Assembly: GCF_016719755.1 (NCBI RefSeq)
Contig: NZ_JADJYM010000004.1
Strand: one strand, 5' to 3'
DNA length: 64,000 bases
From: Novosphingobium sp.
GTDB taxonomy: Bacteria > Pseudomonadota > Alphaproteobacteria > Sphingomonadales > Sphingomonadaceae
Shown here: piece after piece, positions 1-9,154 of the stretch
Position numbering within the stretch: position 1 is the first letter of the stretch
Layout: every line of letters begins with the position of its first letter
The notes under the pieces: model-generated
The model's database searches: none
What the model was told of the DNA's origin: nothing
The model's input: only the letters and a program-made list of their open reading frames with translations
Position numbers and translations under genes: made by a program

Positions 1-578
1 TCTACCAGCGCTGCAACGTGGCGGACGAGGCCGAGGTCAAGGCGCTGGTCGCCCGCGCGGTCAGCGAATATGGTCGCCTCGATTTCGCGCACAACAACGC
101 CGGGATCAACAACATGGGCGCCAACGAATACGATGACGAGGTGTGGGATCGCAGCGTGGCGATCAACCTGTCGGGCGTGATGTACTGCATGCGCGAGGAG
201 GCCGAGGTGATGCTGGCCCAGGGCAAGGGCGCAATCGTCAACACTTCCTCGATCAACGGCCTGGTCGGCAATGGCGCGCAGCCGGGCTATACCGCCACCA
301 AGCACGGGGTTATCGGCCTGACCCGCCACGGCGCGCTGCGCTGGGCGAAGGCCGGGATCCGCGTCAACGCGGTCTGCCCCGGCGTGATCGAAACCCCGAT
401 GACCGCCCCGCTCGCCTCCAACCCCGAAATGCGCAAGGTGCTGGACAGCCTGACCCCGATGGGCCGCATGGGCCAGGCTGATGAAATCGCCGCCGCCGTG
501 CTGTGGCTGTGCTCGGACCAGGCCAGCTTCGTCACCGGCCATCCGCTGGTGGTGGACGGCGGCGCCACCGCGACCTGA
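1..578 (+). CDS. SDR-family oxidoreductase, 5' end cut by the window edge
   Basis: The frame-3 ORF is open from the window start (YQRCNVADEAEV...) to TGA 576-578. It has the NNAGI motif, the catalytic YTATKHGV (YxxxK), and PGVIETPM and VVDGG tail motifs. Confidence 0.9.
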   Translation, partial: YQRCNVADEAEVKALVARAVSEYGRLDFAHNNAGINNMGANEYDDEVWDRSVAINLSGVMYCMREEAEVMLAQGKGAIVNTSSINGLVGNGAQPGYTATKHGVIGLTRHGALRWAKAGIRVNAVCPGVIETPMTAPLASNPEMRKVLDSLTPMGRMGQADEIAAAVLWLCSDQASFVTGHPLVVDGGATAT

Positions 579-598
579 GCGAAAAGCGGAATTGCGAC

Positions 599-620
599 CC
601 CTCCCCCTTGAGGGGGAGGG
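599..620. repeat. GC-rich stem-loop CCCTCCCCC-ttga-GGGGGAGGG (9-bp stem); REP-like, possible bidirectional terminator
   Basis: Read directly. It lies between convergent genes ending at 578 and 717. There is no U-tract. Confidence 0.6.
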
Positions 621-661
621 TTGGGTTGGGGGTGCGTGGGCGCTAACGGGACAAGCCCCCT

Positions 662-694
662 CCCCAGCCCCTCCCCGCAGGGGAGGGGCTGGGG
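662..694. repeat. Perfect 15-bp stem-loop CCCCAGCCCCTCCCC-gca-GGGGAGGGGCTGGGG; REP-like, possible bidirectional terminator
   Basis: Read directly. It is in the same convergent gap as 599-620 and shares the GGGGAGGGG core with hairpins at 15866 and 48046. Confidence 0.65.
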
Positions 695-716
695 CATCAG
701 GGATTCGGACTGAAAA

Positions 717-1799
717 TCAGGCCGCCGTATCCCATGGATCGGTCTTGGTGCCGCGCGTGGTGTAACGGCCGTTGACCCGCTTCTGCCAGGTTTCCGCCTT
801 GGCGCGCGGGTTGTAGAACTGGCGGTACCAGATCCGCACCTTGTCGAACGGCCCGTCGCCGCGGACCATCATCGGGTGGACGCAGGCGCGCTTGTTGGAC
901 CAGATTTCGAAGTCCTGGGCAAAAGCATCGACGCCCGCGTCCTCATAGGCCCGCGCCAGCGCGACATCGTCCGCTCCCGGCACCTCGTTCGCCACCTTGA
1001 CCAGCAAGCCGTACCACACCTTGATCACGCCATCGTCGATCGGCGTGTGAGCGATCAGCATCAGCGAAGGGTTGGCGCCGACCATCTCCGACTGGAGGAT
1101 GCCGGGGCCGGTATACCAGGTGTCGTTGGTCATCGGCTCGCCGCCATCGCTGGCCAGGGTCTTGTGCCCGGCAGACAGGATCTGGCGGCAGACGTGGTCC
1201 TCGAACGCGTTCTCGAAGCTGACCATGTCGATCGAGCCGTGAACCGGTTCGAGGTGGGCCTTATCGGCCATGTTATCGACCACTTCCTGCGGGTGGCAGG
1301 CCAGTTCGCCCAGTTCGCGCAGGTTCCAGTTGACCCAGCTTGGCGCGTCATACTGCGCGAAGGCGGGCAGGTCGTATTCCGGCTCCAGCCCTTCAGGATC
1401 GTGCCAGGTCCACAGCGCGCCCGCGCGTTCGACCAGCTTCCAGCTTTTGAGGCAGGCGGCTTTGGGCACCGGGGCGGGCGAATAGGGGATCTGGTTGCAC
1501 TTGCCGTCCGGCCCGAACCGCCAGCCGTGGTACGGGCAGCGGATATTGTCGCCCTCGACATGTTCCTTGTCCTTGACCACGTAGGAGGTGGTGTTGCGCG
1601 CCAGGTGCGTGCCCATATGGGGGCAATAGGCCTCGATCATGAAGGCCTTGCCGCTCTGCCCGCCGCGATAGATCACCATGTCCTCGCCAAAATAGCGCAC
1701 GGCCAGCGGGGTGGTGGTAACCTCTTCCGAGCGGGCGACCATGAACCAGCCGCGCGGATAGATGAATTCGCCCAGACCGTAGTCAGCACTGGTAGCCAT
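717..1799 (-). CDS. Rieske [2Fe-2S] non-heme-iron oxygenase, KshA-like (3-ketosteroid 9alpha-hydroxylase oxygenase family)
   Basis: Rieske motif CPHMGTHL...CPYHGWRF and mononuclear iron motif DNMADKAHLEPVH (D-x3-D-x2-H-x4-H). ATG 1799 is preferred over ATG 1814 because GGGAGA lies 6 nt upstream. Confidence 0.85.
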   Translation of the reverse strand: MATSADYGLGEFIYPRGWFMVARSEEVTTTPLAVRYFGEDMVIYRGGQSGKAFMIEAYCPHMGTHLARNTTSYVVKDKEHVEGDNIRCPYHGWRFGPDGKCNQIPYSPAPVPKAACLKSWKLVERAGALWTWHDPEGLEPEYDLPAFAQYDAPSWVNWNLRELGELACHPQEVVDNMADKAHLEPVHGSIDMVSFENAFEDHVCRQILSAGHKTLASDGGEPMTNDTWYTGPGILQSEMVGANPSLMLIAHTPIDDGVIKVWYGLLVKVANEVPGADDVALARAYEDAGVDAFAQDFEIWSNKRACVHPMMVRGDGPFDKVRIWYRQFYNPRAKAETWQKRVNGRYTTRGTKTDPWDTAA

Positions 1800-1814
1800 C
1801 GGAATCTCCCACAT

Positions 1815-1912
1815 GTCTTGTTGGGAGATGCTTTAGCGCAAACTGGCACCCACTCGCAACCAATTTGCACGATTGCGAAGAAAAAGAAGCCCTAGGCTAC
1901 GCAATTTGTAGA
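1815..1912 (-). promoter_or_regulatory. AT-rich promoter island A upstream of the Rieske gene, with boxes TACGCAATT (1898-1906) and TAGCGCAAA (1834-1842)
   Basis: Local drop in GC in an otherwise GC-rich window, located upstream of a gene start, with a box shared with four other islands. No TSS evidence. Confidence 0.45.
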
Positions 1913-2404
1913 TCAGTCAGCCTCATCCCCGGCCATGTCGGCCTCGGTGATCCGCACCACCCGCGCATTGTACTTCAGCGTCTTCACCGCGATCGAGGTT
2001 TCGACATGGTGGACGCCGGGCACGGCAAGGATCTGGTCCGAGGTCAGTTCCAGCAGCCCGTCGAGCGTGTTGAACAGGCAGAAGGCGAAGATGTTGAACC
2101 GCCCCATGGTGATCATCACCGCGTTGACCGTGGGCAGATCGGCGATCTGGCGGGCAATGTCGCGCACGTTCTCCACGTCGGCCTGGACGCCGATCAGCGC
2201 CAGCTTGGCCGAATTGGCAAGACCGAAGCTGGTGATCGCGGTGAACGAGATCAGCCCATCCTGCTGGAGCCGCTTGATCCGCCCGCGCACGGTGCCTTCG
2301 GTAACGCCCAGGTCCACCGCGATCTTGCGGTTGGACACGCGCGCGTCGCGGGCCAGCACCTCGATCAGTTGGCGATCGAGATCATCAAGCTGCGGCGCGC
2401 TCAT
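1913..2404 (-). CDS. Lrp/AsnC-family transcriptional regulator
   Basis: 163 aa. N-terminal HTH LDRQLIEVLARDARVSNRKIAVDLGVTEGTVRGRIKRLQQDGLI, followed by a ligand-domain-sized C-terminus. Confidence 0.9.
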   Translation of the reverse strand: MSAPQLDDLDRQLIEVLARDARVSNRKIAVDLGVTEGTVRGRIKRLQQDGLISFTAITSFGLANSAKLALIGVQADVENVRDIARQIADLPTVNAVMITMGRFNIFAFCLFNTLDGLLELTSDQILAVPGVHHVETSIAVKTLKYNARVVRITEADMAGDEAD

Positions 2405-2886
2405 GCCCCGCTCCTCGCGTCGATCGGGGCAACGTCGAACTTGTACTTGATGACGTCTACCGCAATCGCGGGAACCAGCGAGCGGATGCCCTTCACCTTG
2501 GAAAACTTGTCGAGCAGCAGCCCCGGCAGGTCGCTGAAATCGCGCAGCACCACCAGCAGGTCGATATCATAGCGCCCGGTAACAAGGTGCGCGGCGAACA
2601 CTTCCGGAAATTCGGCCAGTTCCTCGGCCACTTCGCTTGCGGGTCGACCATCCACCTCGATCGCCACTTCCATCAGCACGTTATAGCCGTGCGCGGAAAA
2701 ATCGGACACGGCGACCACGCGCAGCTTGTCTGCCTCTTCCATGCGGCGGATGCGCGCGGAAACGGTCGCGGCGGTCAGCCCCAGGGTGTTGGCGATCTGC
2801 TGGTTGGTCGCCCGGCCATTGACGCGCAACTGCTCGACAATCGCGCGGTCCATGTCGTCGATCGTGAAGTCGTCACTCATGGCCAT
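2401..2886 (-). CDS. Lrp/AsnC-family transcriptional regulator (second of an overlapping pair)
   Basis: HTH MDRAIVEQLRVNGRATNQQIANTLGLTAATVSARIRRMEEADKL. The stop overlaps the downstream regulator start as ATGA (2401-2404). Start ATG 2886 (MAMSDD) is chosen over TTG 2916, but the start is uncertain. Confidence 0.85.
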   Translation of the reverse strand: MAMSDDFTIDDMDRAIVEQLRVNGRATNQQIANTLGLTAATVSARIRRMEEADKLRVVAVSDFSAHGYNVLMEVAIEVDGRPASEVAEELAEFPEVFAAHLVTGRYDIDLLVVLRDFSDLPGLLLDKFSKVKGIRSLVPAIAVDVIKYKFDVAPIDARSGA

Positions 2887-2951
2887 CTGCAAACCCCCAA
2901 TTGCCCGGCGCGTCAACCGCCAGCGTCCGCCCGCACGCCGTAATCCACGAT

Positions 2952-3434
2952 TCAGAAGCCGCTAAGCTCGCGCCCCAGCATTGCCGGGCCGAACGGCGCG
3001 GCCTTGCGGCGTTCGACCCACACCACTTCCAGCTGGCGCTCCGCGAACTTCCAGACCCCGCATTCCAGCGCATAGCGATCGTGATAGCGCATCGCGAAGT
3101 CGAGCAGGGTCAAGTCCTGCGGGCCTTCCCCGCCAGGCAGGACGTGGCTGGCAATCCCGGTGACATGGCCCGTCACGGTCCCGTCTGCCGCCTGTTCGTA
3201 GGTCTGGTTGAAGACGTTGTGCATGGTCGCGCCGAAGCTTGCATCGACCTCGGCGATCATCCGCGCGAAGCCTTCCGCTCCTGCATAGCGCGCCTCGGCC
3301 TGTCCCTTGCCGCGCATGATGCCGTCTCGGGTGAACAGACCCGAAAGCATCACCGCATCGCGGCTGTCCACCGCCAGGGCATAGCGATGGGCAAGATCAC
3401 GCAATGGCTGCGGGGCATCGAACGGCATGACCAT
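2952..3434 (-). CDS. NTF2-like / SnoaL_4-type protein
   Basis: 160 aa. N-terminal signature LRDLAHRYALAVDSRDAVMLSGLFTRDG is typical of SnoaL-like proteins. Confidence 0.75.
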   Translation of the reverse strand: MVMPFDAPQPLRDLAHRYALAVDSRDAVMLSGLFTRDGIMRGKGQAEARYAGAEGFARMIAEVDASFGATMHNVFNQTYEQAADGTVTGHVTGIASHVLPGGEGPQDLTLLDFAMRYHDRYALECGVWKFAERQLEVVWVERRKAAPFGPAMLGRELSGF

Positions 3435-3436
3435 GG

Positions 3437-4699
3437 CTAGCCCGCCTGTTCCAGCGTCTGCCGGTCCTGTTCGACCCGGCGCGCGGCGAGGAAGGCGGCC
3501 AGCGCCGCCGCGAAGCCGACCGGGACCACCACGCTCAGCGCAAGCCGCAGCGATTGCCCGTCATCGCCCAGCGACTGGCTGATCGCGCCGGCTGCCCAGG
3601 GGCCGATGAAGTAGCCAAGCAGGGTGGTAAAGGCGATGAACAGCGCCGTGGCGCTCGCCCGGAAGCCTGGCGGAAGCAGGTATTGCAGGGTGGCGAAGAT
3701 GCCGACCGTCCAGCCTCCGCCCAGCAGGCCGCAGGGGATCGCGATCCACATCGCCGCCTCGAAACTGGGCGCCCAGACCGCCAGCATCACCATCGCCGTC
3801 GCCGCTCCGATGGCAAGCGCGGACAGCCGCACCGGCCAGGCCGGGCCGCGCCGCGCCAGCCGGTCCGACAGGGCACCGAAGCACAGCATCCCGGCAAGGC
3901 CCGCCAGTCCGAAATTGACGGCAAAGGCCGTCTTGATGGTCACCGGATCGAGGGCAAAGCTGCGCGCGAACAGTTCCGGCCCCCAATAGCCGAAGGCCAC
4001 CCCGGACAGCGCGCCCAGCCCGAACCCGATCGCCATCAGCACAAAGCTGCGGCTGCGCGCCAGCAGGCCCGCAAGCCTGGTCAGGGCAATCGGCGGCTCG
4101 GCGGCCTGCGCCGCCCCCCCTTCGCGCGGCGGTTCGCGGACCAGCAGCAGGGCCAGACCGCCCAGCGCCACGCCGGGCAGCCCGATCGCGAAAAAGGCGC
4201 TGCGCCAGCCAAGCTCGGCGGCAATCGCCGGGCCGCCCGCCTGCCCCGCGATCTGGCCGACATAGGTTGCCAGCCCCAGGATGCCGAAGGCGATGCCCCG
4301 CCGTTCGGGCCGGAAATAGTCGGCCAGCAACGAATAGGCCGGAGCCACGAAGGCCGCTTCCCCGACGCCAACCCCAACCCGCGCCAGCGCCAGCGAGACC
4401 GGCCCGGTGGCCAGCCCGGTAGCCGCCGTGGCCAGGCTCCACATCACGCAGCCTCCGGCAATGACCCGGACGCGCGACCCGCGATCGGCCAGCCGCGCGA
4501 AGGGCACGCCCATCGCGATGTACAGCACCACGAAGGCCGGCCCCATCAGCAGGCCGATCATCCCGTCGCCCAGATCGAACTCCTGCTTGATCGGGCCGAT
4601 CAGCCCGGTCAGCAGATAGCGATCCGCGAAGTTGAAGATGTAGATGACCAGGAGCGTGCCCAGCACGACCCACGGGTTCGAGCGCGCGGGTGCCGTCAT
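3437..4699 (-). CDS. MFS transporter
   Basis: 420 aa with about 12 hydrophobic segments. Contains NFADRYLL and the loop motif FARLADRGSRVRV between TM2 and TM3. Confidence 0.85.
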   Translation of the reverse strand: MTAPARSNPWVVLGTLLVIYIFNFADRYLLTGLIGPIKQEFDLGDGMIGLLMGPAFVVLYIAMGVPFARLADRGSRVRVIAGGCVMWSLATAATGLATGPVSLALARVGVGVGEAAFVAPAYSLLADYFRPERRGIAFGILGLATYVGQIAGQAGGPAIAAELGWRSAFFAIGLPGVALGGLALLLVREPPREGGAAQAAEPPIALTRLAGLLARSRSFVLMAIGFGLGALSGVAFGYWGPELFARSFALDPVTIKTAFAVNFGLAGLAGMLCFGALSDRLARRGPAWPVRLSALAIGAATAMVMLAVWAPSFEAAMWIAIPCGLLGGGWTVGIFATLQYLLPPGFRASATALFIAFTTLLGYFIGPWAAGAISQSLGDDGQSLRLALSVVVPVGFAAALAAFLAARRVEQDRQTLEQAG

Positions 4700-5457
4700 C
4701 AGTCGCGCTTGATCAGGCCGCCGTTGACGTGCCAGACCTGCCCGTTGACCCAGGCGCCATCGTCCGAGGCAAGGAAGGCTACCGCTGCGGCGATGTCTTC
4801 CGGCTGGCCCAGCCGGGTGTGCGGCACGGTCTTCAGCGTCGCCTCGACATATTCGGGGGTCAGGTGCTGGGCGACTGCTTCGGTCAGGACCACGCCGGGG
4901 CAGATGCCGTTGGAGCGGATGCCCTTCTTGCCGTACTTCGCGGCAACATGGCGGACCAGCGCGTGCAGCGCGTTCTTGGTCATCGGGTAGGCAACCTGGA
5001 AGGCGTTACCGCCGATTGCCGCGCCGGAAGAGGTGTAGATCATCGCCCCGCCGCCGCGTTCCAGCATCACCGGCAAGGCCGCCTGCGTGGCGAAGACGTG
5101 GCTCTTGCTGTTGATCGCAAAGGAACGGTCGAGCACTTCCTCGGTGCAGTGGAGCGCGTCGATGTCGCCCTCGGTCCCGCCCGCGAGGTTGGAATGATAG
5201 AAGTCGAGCCCGCCGAATTCGTCGAGCGCGGCCTGGACGATGGCCGCTTGCGATGCCGCCTTGGTTCCATCCAGATGCACGCCCACGGCGCGCCCGCCCG
5301 CTTCGCGGATCGCGGCGGCAACCTCGTTCGCCCAGGCCTCGGTAATGTCGCCGATCACCACGGCGGCGCCTTCCTCGGCCAACCGGCGCGCAGTCGCCGC
5401 GCCAATCCCGCGCCCGCCGCCCGCGACCACGCCCACCTTGCCATTCAAACCGCGCAT
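4699..5457 (-). CDS. SDR-family oxidoreductase
   Basis: Glycine-rich loop VAGGGRGIGAA and catalytic YPMTKNAL. The stop shares 1 nt with the MFS start (TGATG). Confidence 0.9.
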   Translation of the reverse strand: MRGLNGKVGVVAGGGRGIGAATARRLAEEGAAVVIGDITEAWANEVAAAIREAGGRAVGVHLDGTKAASQAAIVQAALDEFGGLDFYHSNLAGGTEGDIDALHCTEEVLDRSFAINSKSHVFATQAALPVMLERGGGAMIYTSSGAAIGGNAFQVAYPMTKNALHALVRHVAAKYGKKGIRSNGICPGVVLTEAVAQHLTPEYVEATLKTVPHTRLGQPEDIAAAVAFLASDDGAWVNGQVWHVNGGLIKRD

Positions 5458-5486
5458 CGTATCACTCCATCTGGTCGCCCGCGCGC

Positions 5487-6584
5487 TCAGCGCGCCGAGG
5501 CGGGAACTCCGTCGCCGCCCGCGTAGAAGCGGGAATAGAACTTGCGGAAATGCGGGATCGGGCCGTCACCGTCGCAAATGATCGGGTTGGGCTCGAAGCG
5601 CATCCGGTCCCACACCACCTTGTCCTGATCGAGCTGCTTGTTGACATCGCGGATGATCGCCCGCGCCACCCCGGCAGCCGGGCCTTCGGCCTGTTCGCGC
5701 GGCTGGGTGTAGCAATAGACCACCTGCAACTGATCCAGCTCGACCGGAATGATGCAGGCCACCAGCAGCGTTTCGCAGATCCCGGTAAAGCGCACCCAGG
5801 CCTGCCCCGGCCCCATCGAATTGCTGGTGATCGTGCCGTCCACCACGCCCTTGGGCGTGCCCATCCGCGCGCGGACGATCCCGCAGCGATCCCATTCGCC
5901 CCAGGAAAGCTCGGCCTCGGGCACTTCGGCGGTGCCGTGGATGTACTTGAAGTGGGCGAAGTCCACCCCGTTTTCAGCCATGTTCTGCAGGCTGCCGAAG
6001 ACCTTCCATTCAGCGAAATCGAACGGCGTCCAGGCCGGATCGCTCGTCTCGGGCAGCACGGCCACATCATAAAGCGGAGCGGCGTCCTCGGGGTGATACC
6101 AGACCCACAGCCACTGGTTCGCCTCGCGGATGTGCCAGTTGCGGGTGCACTTGCGCTTGACCTGCGGCGGCACGGCGCGGGCATAGGGGATGTCCTTCAC
6201 GGTACCCTCGTCCCCGTCATAGCGCCAGGCGTGGAACGGGCATTCCAGCAGATTGCCGGCCACCTTGCCGCCGTGGCCCATGTGCGCGCCCAGGTGCTTG
6301 CAATAGGCATCCAGCATCCGCACCTGCCCGTCCTCGCCGCGCCAGACAGCCAGATCGCGCCCGAAATAGCGCGCCGGCTTGACCTCGCCCACAGCCAGAT
6401 CGCGCCCCAGCATGAACGGATACCAGCCGAACGGAAAGCCGACGTCGAGGTTGCGCGTCTCTGGCGCGGGGCGCCCGGCGAGGTCCGCCACGCGCCATGC
6501 GGCCAATTCCTCGCGGCTCATCTTTTCCAGCACCTGCCACACCGCCACGGGAGGGGTGCGCGCGTCGTTCGCTGCCTGGGTCAT
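5487..6584 (-). CDS. Rieske [2Fe-2S] non-heme-iron oxygenase, KshA-like paralogue
   Basis: CKHLGAHM...CPFHAWRY and ENGVDFAHFKYIH. Start ATG 6584 (MTQAAN) has GGGGAGA 7 nt upstream. The track ORF extends to 6644. Confidence 0.85.
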   Translation of the reverse strand: MTQAANDARTPPVAVWQVLEKMSREELAAWRVADLAGRPAPETRNLDVGFPFGWYPFMLGRDLAVGEVKPARYFGRDLAVWRGEDGQVRMLDAYCKHLGAHMGHGGKVAGNLLECPFHAWRYDGDEGTVKDIPYARAVPPQVKRKCTRNWHIREANQWLWVWYHPEDAAPLYDVAVLPETSDPAWTPFDFAEWKVFGSLQNMAENGVDFAHFKYIHGTAEVPEAELSWGEWDRCGIVRARMGTPKGVVDGTITSNSMGPGQAWVRFTGICETLLVACIIPVELDQLQVVYCYTQPREQAEGPAAGVARAIIRDVNKQLDQDKVVWDRMRFEPNPIICDGDGPIPHFRKFYSRFYAGGDGVPASAR

Positions 6585-6618
6585 CGTTGTTTCTCCCCGG
6601 ATTATCCGGCTTTTATGG

Positions 6619-7485
6619 TTAGAGCTTGAACAGGCGCTCGGCATTGCCGCGCAGGAACTTCGGCCAGACCTCGTCCTTCAGCGGCACGTGCTCCATGTCG
6701 GCCATGATGCGTTCCAGGCTCAGCCCCATCGGGAAATAGCCCGCGTAGATCACCTTGTCGGCGCCGCGCGTGTTGGCATAATCGATGATCGCCTTGGGGT
6801 AGTGCTTGGGGGCGAAGGCGCTGGTCGAATAATAGAGGTTCGGCCACTTCAGCATCAGCTTGACCGCCAGATCCTGCCACGGCTCCGCGCCGTGGCGCAT
6901 CACGATCTTGAGATCGGGGAAAAACCAGCAGACCTCGTCAAGATGCTCGACCTTCTGGGTTTCCATCGGGATGCGCGGGCCAGGGATGCCGACGTTGAGC
7001 AGGATCGGAATGTCCAGTTCCACCGCGCAGGCATAAAGCGGGAACATGTACTTGTGGTTGATCGCCACCTGCGGCAGCGTTCCGGCCGGGAACACCGAAA
7101 TGGCGGACAGGCCGACCTCGGCATGGATGCGCTTGATCCGGCGCACTTCCTCCATCCCCTTGTTGGGATCGCAGGGCAGGTCGAAGAAGAACCGGTCGCC
7201 GTAAAGCTCCTTGGCCCGGCGCGACGTCTCGTTATCGTTCCAGCCGATCAGCGCCTTGGCGATGCCGTGCTTGTCCATCTGCTCGACCGTCCACTTGACG
7301 TAATCGTCGGCATGGCCGGTCTGCGGCACGTCCTTGAACATGTACTGCGCCGGCATCGAGAACTGCTGGAGCGTCTGGGCGTCCTTGATCAGCGGGCGGA
7401 ACGCGGTGAACCAGTCGGACCGGTCCTCCGCCTCCGGAATCCCCAGCATGCAGTCGATGATCCCGATATCCCTGGGCATGGCCAT
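6619..7485 (-). CDS. Amidohydrolase_2 (ACMSD/LigW-type TIM-barrel) family protein, non-canonical N-terminus
   Basis: Overall pattern IGIIDCMLGIP...KIVMRHGAEPW...YAGYFPMG. Start ATG 7485 has AGGAGA 8 nt upstream. The usual N-terminal H-x-H is replaced by D-C-M-L. Confidence 0.65.
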   Translation of the reverse strand: MAMPRDIGIIDCMLGIPEAEDRSDWFTAFRPLIKDAQTLQQFSMPAQYMFKDVPQTGHADDYVKWTVEQMDKHGIAKALIGWNDNETSRRAKELYGDRFFFDLPCDPNKGMEEVRRIKRIHAEVGLSAISVFPAGTLPQVAINHKYMFPLYACAVELDIPILLNVGIPGPRIPMETQKVEHLDEVCWFFPDLKIVMRHGAEPWQDLAVKLMLKWPNLYYSTSAFAPKHYPKAIIDYANTRGADKVIYAGYFPMGLSLERIMADMEHVPLKDEVWPKFLRGNAERLFKL

Positions 7486-7486
7486 G

Positions 7487-9154
7487 TCACTTGTCTCCTG
7501 AAAGGCTGGCCCAGGCGGCGCGCAGCGCTGCCTTGTTGACCTTGCCGACATCGTTGCGCGGCAGCGGCTGGTCGGTGATGGCGACGCGGCCCGGCGCCTT
7601 GTAGCGCGCCAGCCGTTCGCCCACCCAGTCCTTGACCGCCGCCTCGCTGATTCCCTCGCCCCGCACCACGGCGACCAGCAGTTCGCCCAGCCGTTCGTCC
7701 GGGATGCCGAAAGCGGCGCATTCGCCCACGCCCGGCATTTCGCCCATCACGCGCTCCACCTCGGCGCAATAGATGTTCTCGCCGCCGGAAATGACCATGT
7801 CCTTCACCCGGTCGACGATGAACACATAGCCTTCAGCATCGAGGTAGCCGACATCGCCGGTGCGCAGCCAGCCATCGGCGGTGAAGGCGGCGGCGGTTTC
7901 CTCGGGCCGGTTCCAGTAACCCTGCATCGCCATGGCGCCGCGGAACTGGATTTCGCCGCTCTTCCCCTGGGGCAACAGGGTGCCGTCCGGCGCGGCGATC
8001 CGCACCTGGGCGAGCGGCAGGACCCGGCCCGCCGCGCTGCGGTTTCGGATGAAGTCATCGCCCACGGCCTGGGCCAGCGATCCCGAAGCCTCGGTCATGC
8101 CATAGCCGGTGCCCATCACCGCCTGCGGGCAGGCACTGCGGATTTCATCCAGCAGGTTGACCGGCAGGGCCTGCCCGCCCGAGGCGATGTTGCGCAGCGA
8201 CGAAAGGTCGCCGTCGCCCAGCTTCGCGCGGTGGAGCAGGTCCCACAGCATGGTCGGCACGGCGGAGAACATCGTGATCTGCTCCGCCGCGATCAGCCGC
8301 ACCGCCTCCTGCGCGTCCCAGCGGCGCATGATCACCACTTTCGTGCCCGCCAGCAACGGCGAAAGGAACGCGGCGCCAAGGCCCGAGATGTGGAACAGCG
8401 GATAGACCAGCAGCGTGGCCTGCTGCGGCAGGTTCGCCAGGATCGTCTCTACCGGCACTCCGTGGGCACGAGCCATGTTGTGGAGCACCATCACCCCGGT
8501 CAGCTGCATCGCCATCAGCCCGGTAATCAGGCTGCGGTGGGTCAGCACCGCGCCCTTGACGCGACCGGTGGTGCCAGAGGTGAACAGGATCGCGCAGGGG
8601 TCCGCCGGATCGGCAATACCCGGATCGGTAACCGGCCCGGCCGCGCGGCGTTCCACTTCCTGCGCATCGAACGGCCGGGTCAGGTCGAGCATCCGGCCCG
8701 CAAAGCCGCCTTCGCGGATCAGCGCGGCGCGGCGGCTGTCGGCCAGGACCAGCGCAGGGGTGACATCGTCGATCATCGCCACCAGCTCGGCCGGGGAGCC
8801 CCGGCTGTTGAGCAGTGCGGCGATCCCGCCTGCCTTGATCACGGCCATGAAAGCCACGATCCATTCGGCGCGGTTGCGCATGCAGATCGCCACGCGGTCG
8901 CCCCGGCGGATGTGGAGCATGGGCACCAGCTGATCGCGCCAGGCGAAGACCTGCTCAAAAGTCAGCCGCCGTTCCGCGCCGTCGGAGGAGAAGTCGACCA
9001 GAAAGGTCCTGTCCCCGTGCCGCCGCGCGGAATCGATCATCAGCGCCAGATCGGGTGCGGCCTGCCCGAACTGCAGCAGGCCATCGCGCTCGACCAGTTC
9101 GAACGGAGTGCCGGGGGCCGTGACCGCGGCGAAAACGGGATCGACCGCGCTCAT
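7487..9154 (-). CDS. AMP-dependent acyl-CoA synthetase/ligase
   Basis: 555 aa. AMP-binding motif FTSGTTGRVKG and C-terminal GKVNK. Confidence 0.9.
   Translation of the reverse strand: MSAVDPVFAAVTAPGTPFELVERDGLLQFGQAAPDLALMIDSARRHGDRTFLVDFSSDGAERRLTFEQVFAWRDQLVPMLHIRRGDRVAICMRNRAEWIVAFMAVIKAGGIAALLNSRGSPAELVAMIDDVTPALVLADSRRAALIREGGFAGRMLDLTRPFDAQEVERRAAGPVTDPGIADPADPCAILFTSGTTGRVKGAVLTHRSLITGLMAMQLTGVMVLHNMARAHGVPVETILANLPQQATLLVYPLFHISGLGAAFLSPLLAGTKVVIMRRWDAQEAVRLIAAEQITMFSAVPTMLWDLLHRAKLGDGDLSSLRNIASGGQALPVNLLDEIRSACPQAVMGTGYGMTEASGSLAQAVGDDFIRNRSAAGRVLPLAQVRIAAPDGTLLPQGKSGEIQFRGAMAMQGYWNRPEETAAAFTADGWLRTGDVGYLDAEGYVFIVDRVKDMVISGGENIYCAEVERVMGEMPGVGECAAFGIPDERLGELLVAVVRGEGISEAAVKDWVGERLARYKAPGRVAITDQPLPRNDVGKVNKAALRAAWASLSGDK

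Noticed and set aside
3554-4990. 478-aa plus-strand ORF antisense to the MFS transporter and SDR genes
   Set aside because: Arg/Gly/Pro/Ala/Gln-rich low-complexity translation with no recognisable motif. It is a typical shadow ORF of high-GC DNA opposite a well-supported gene.
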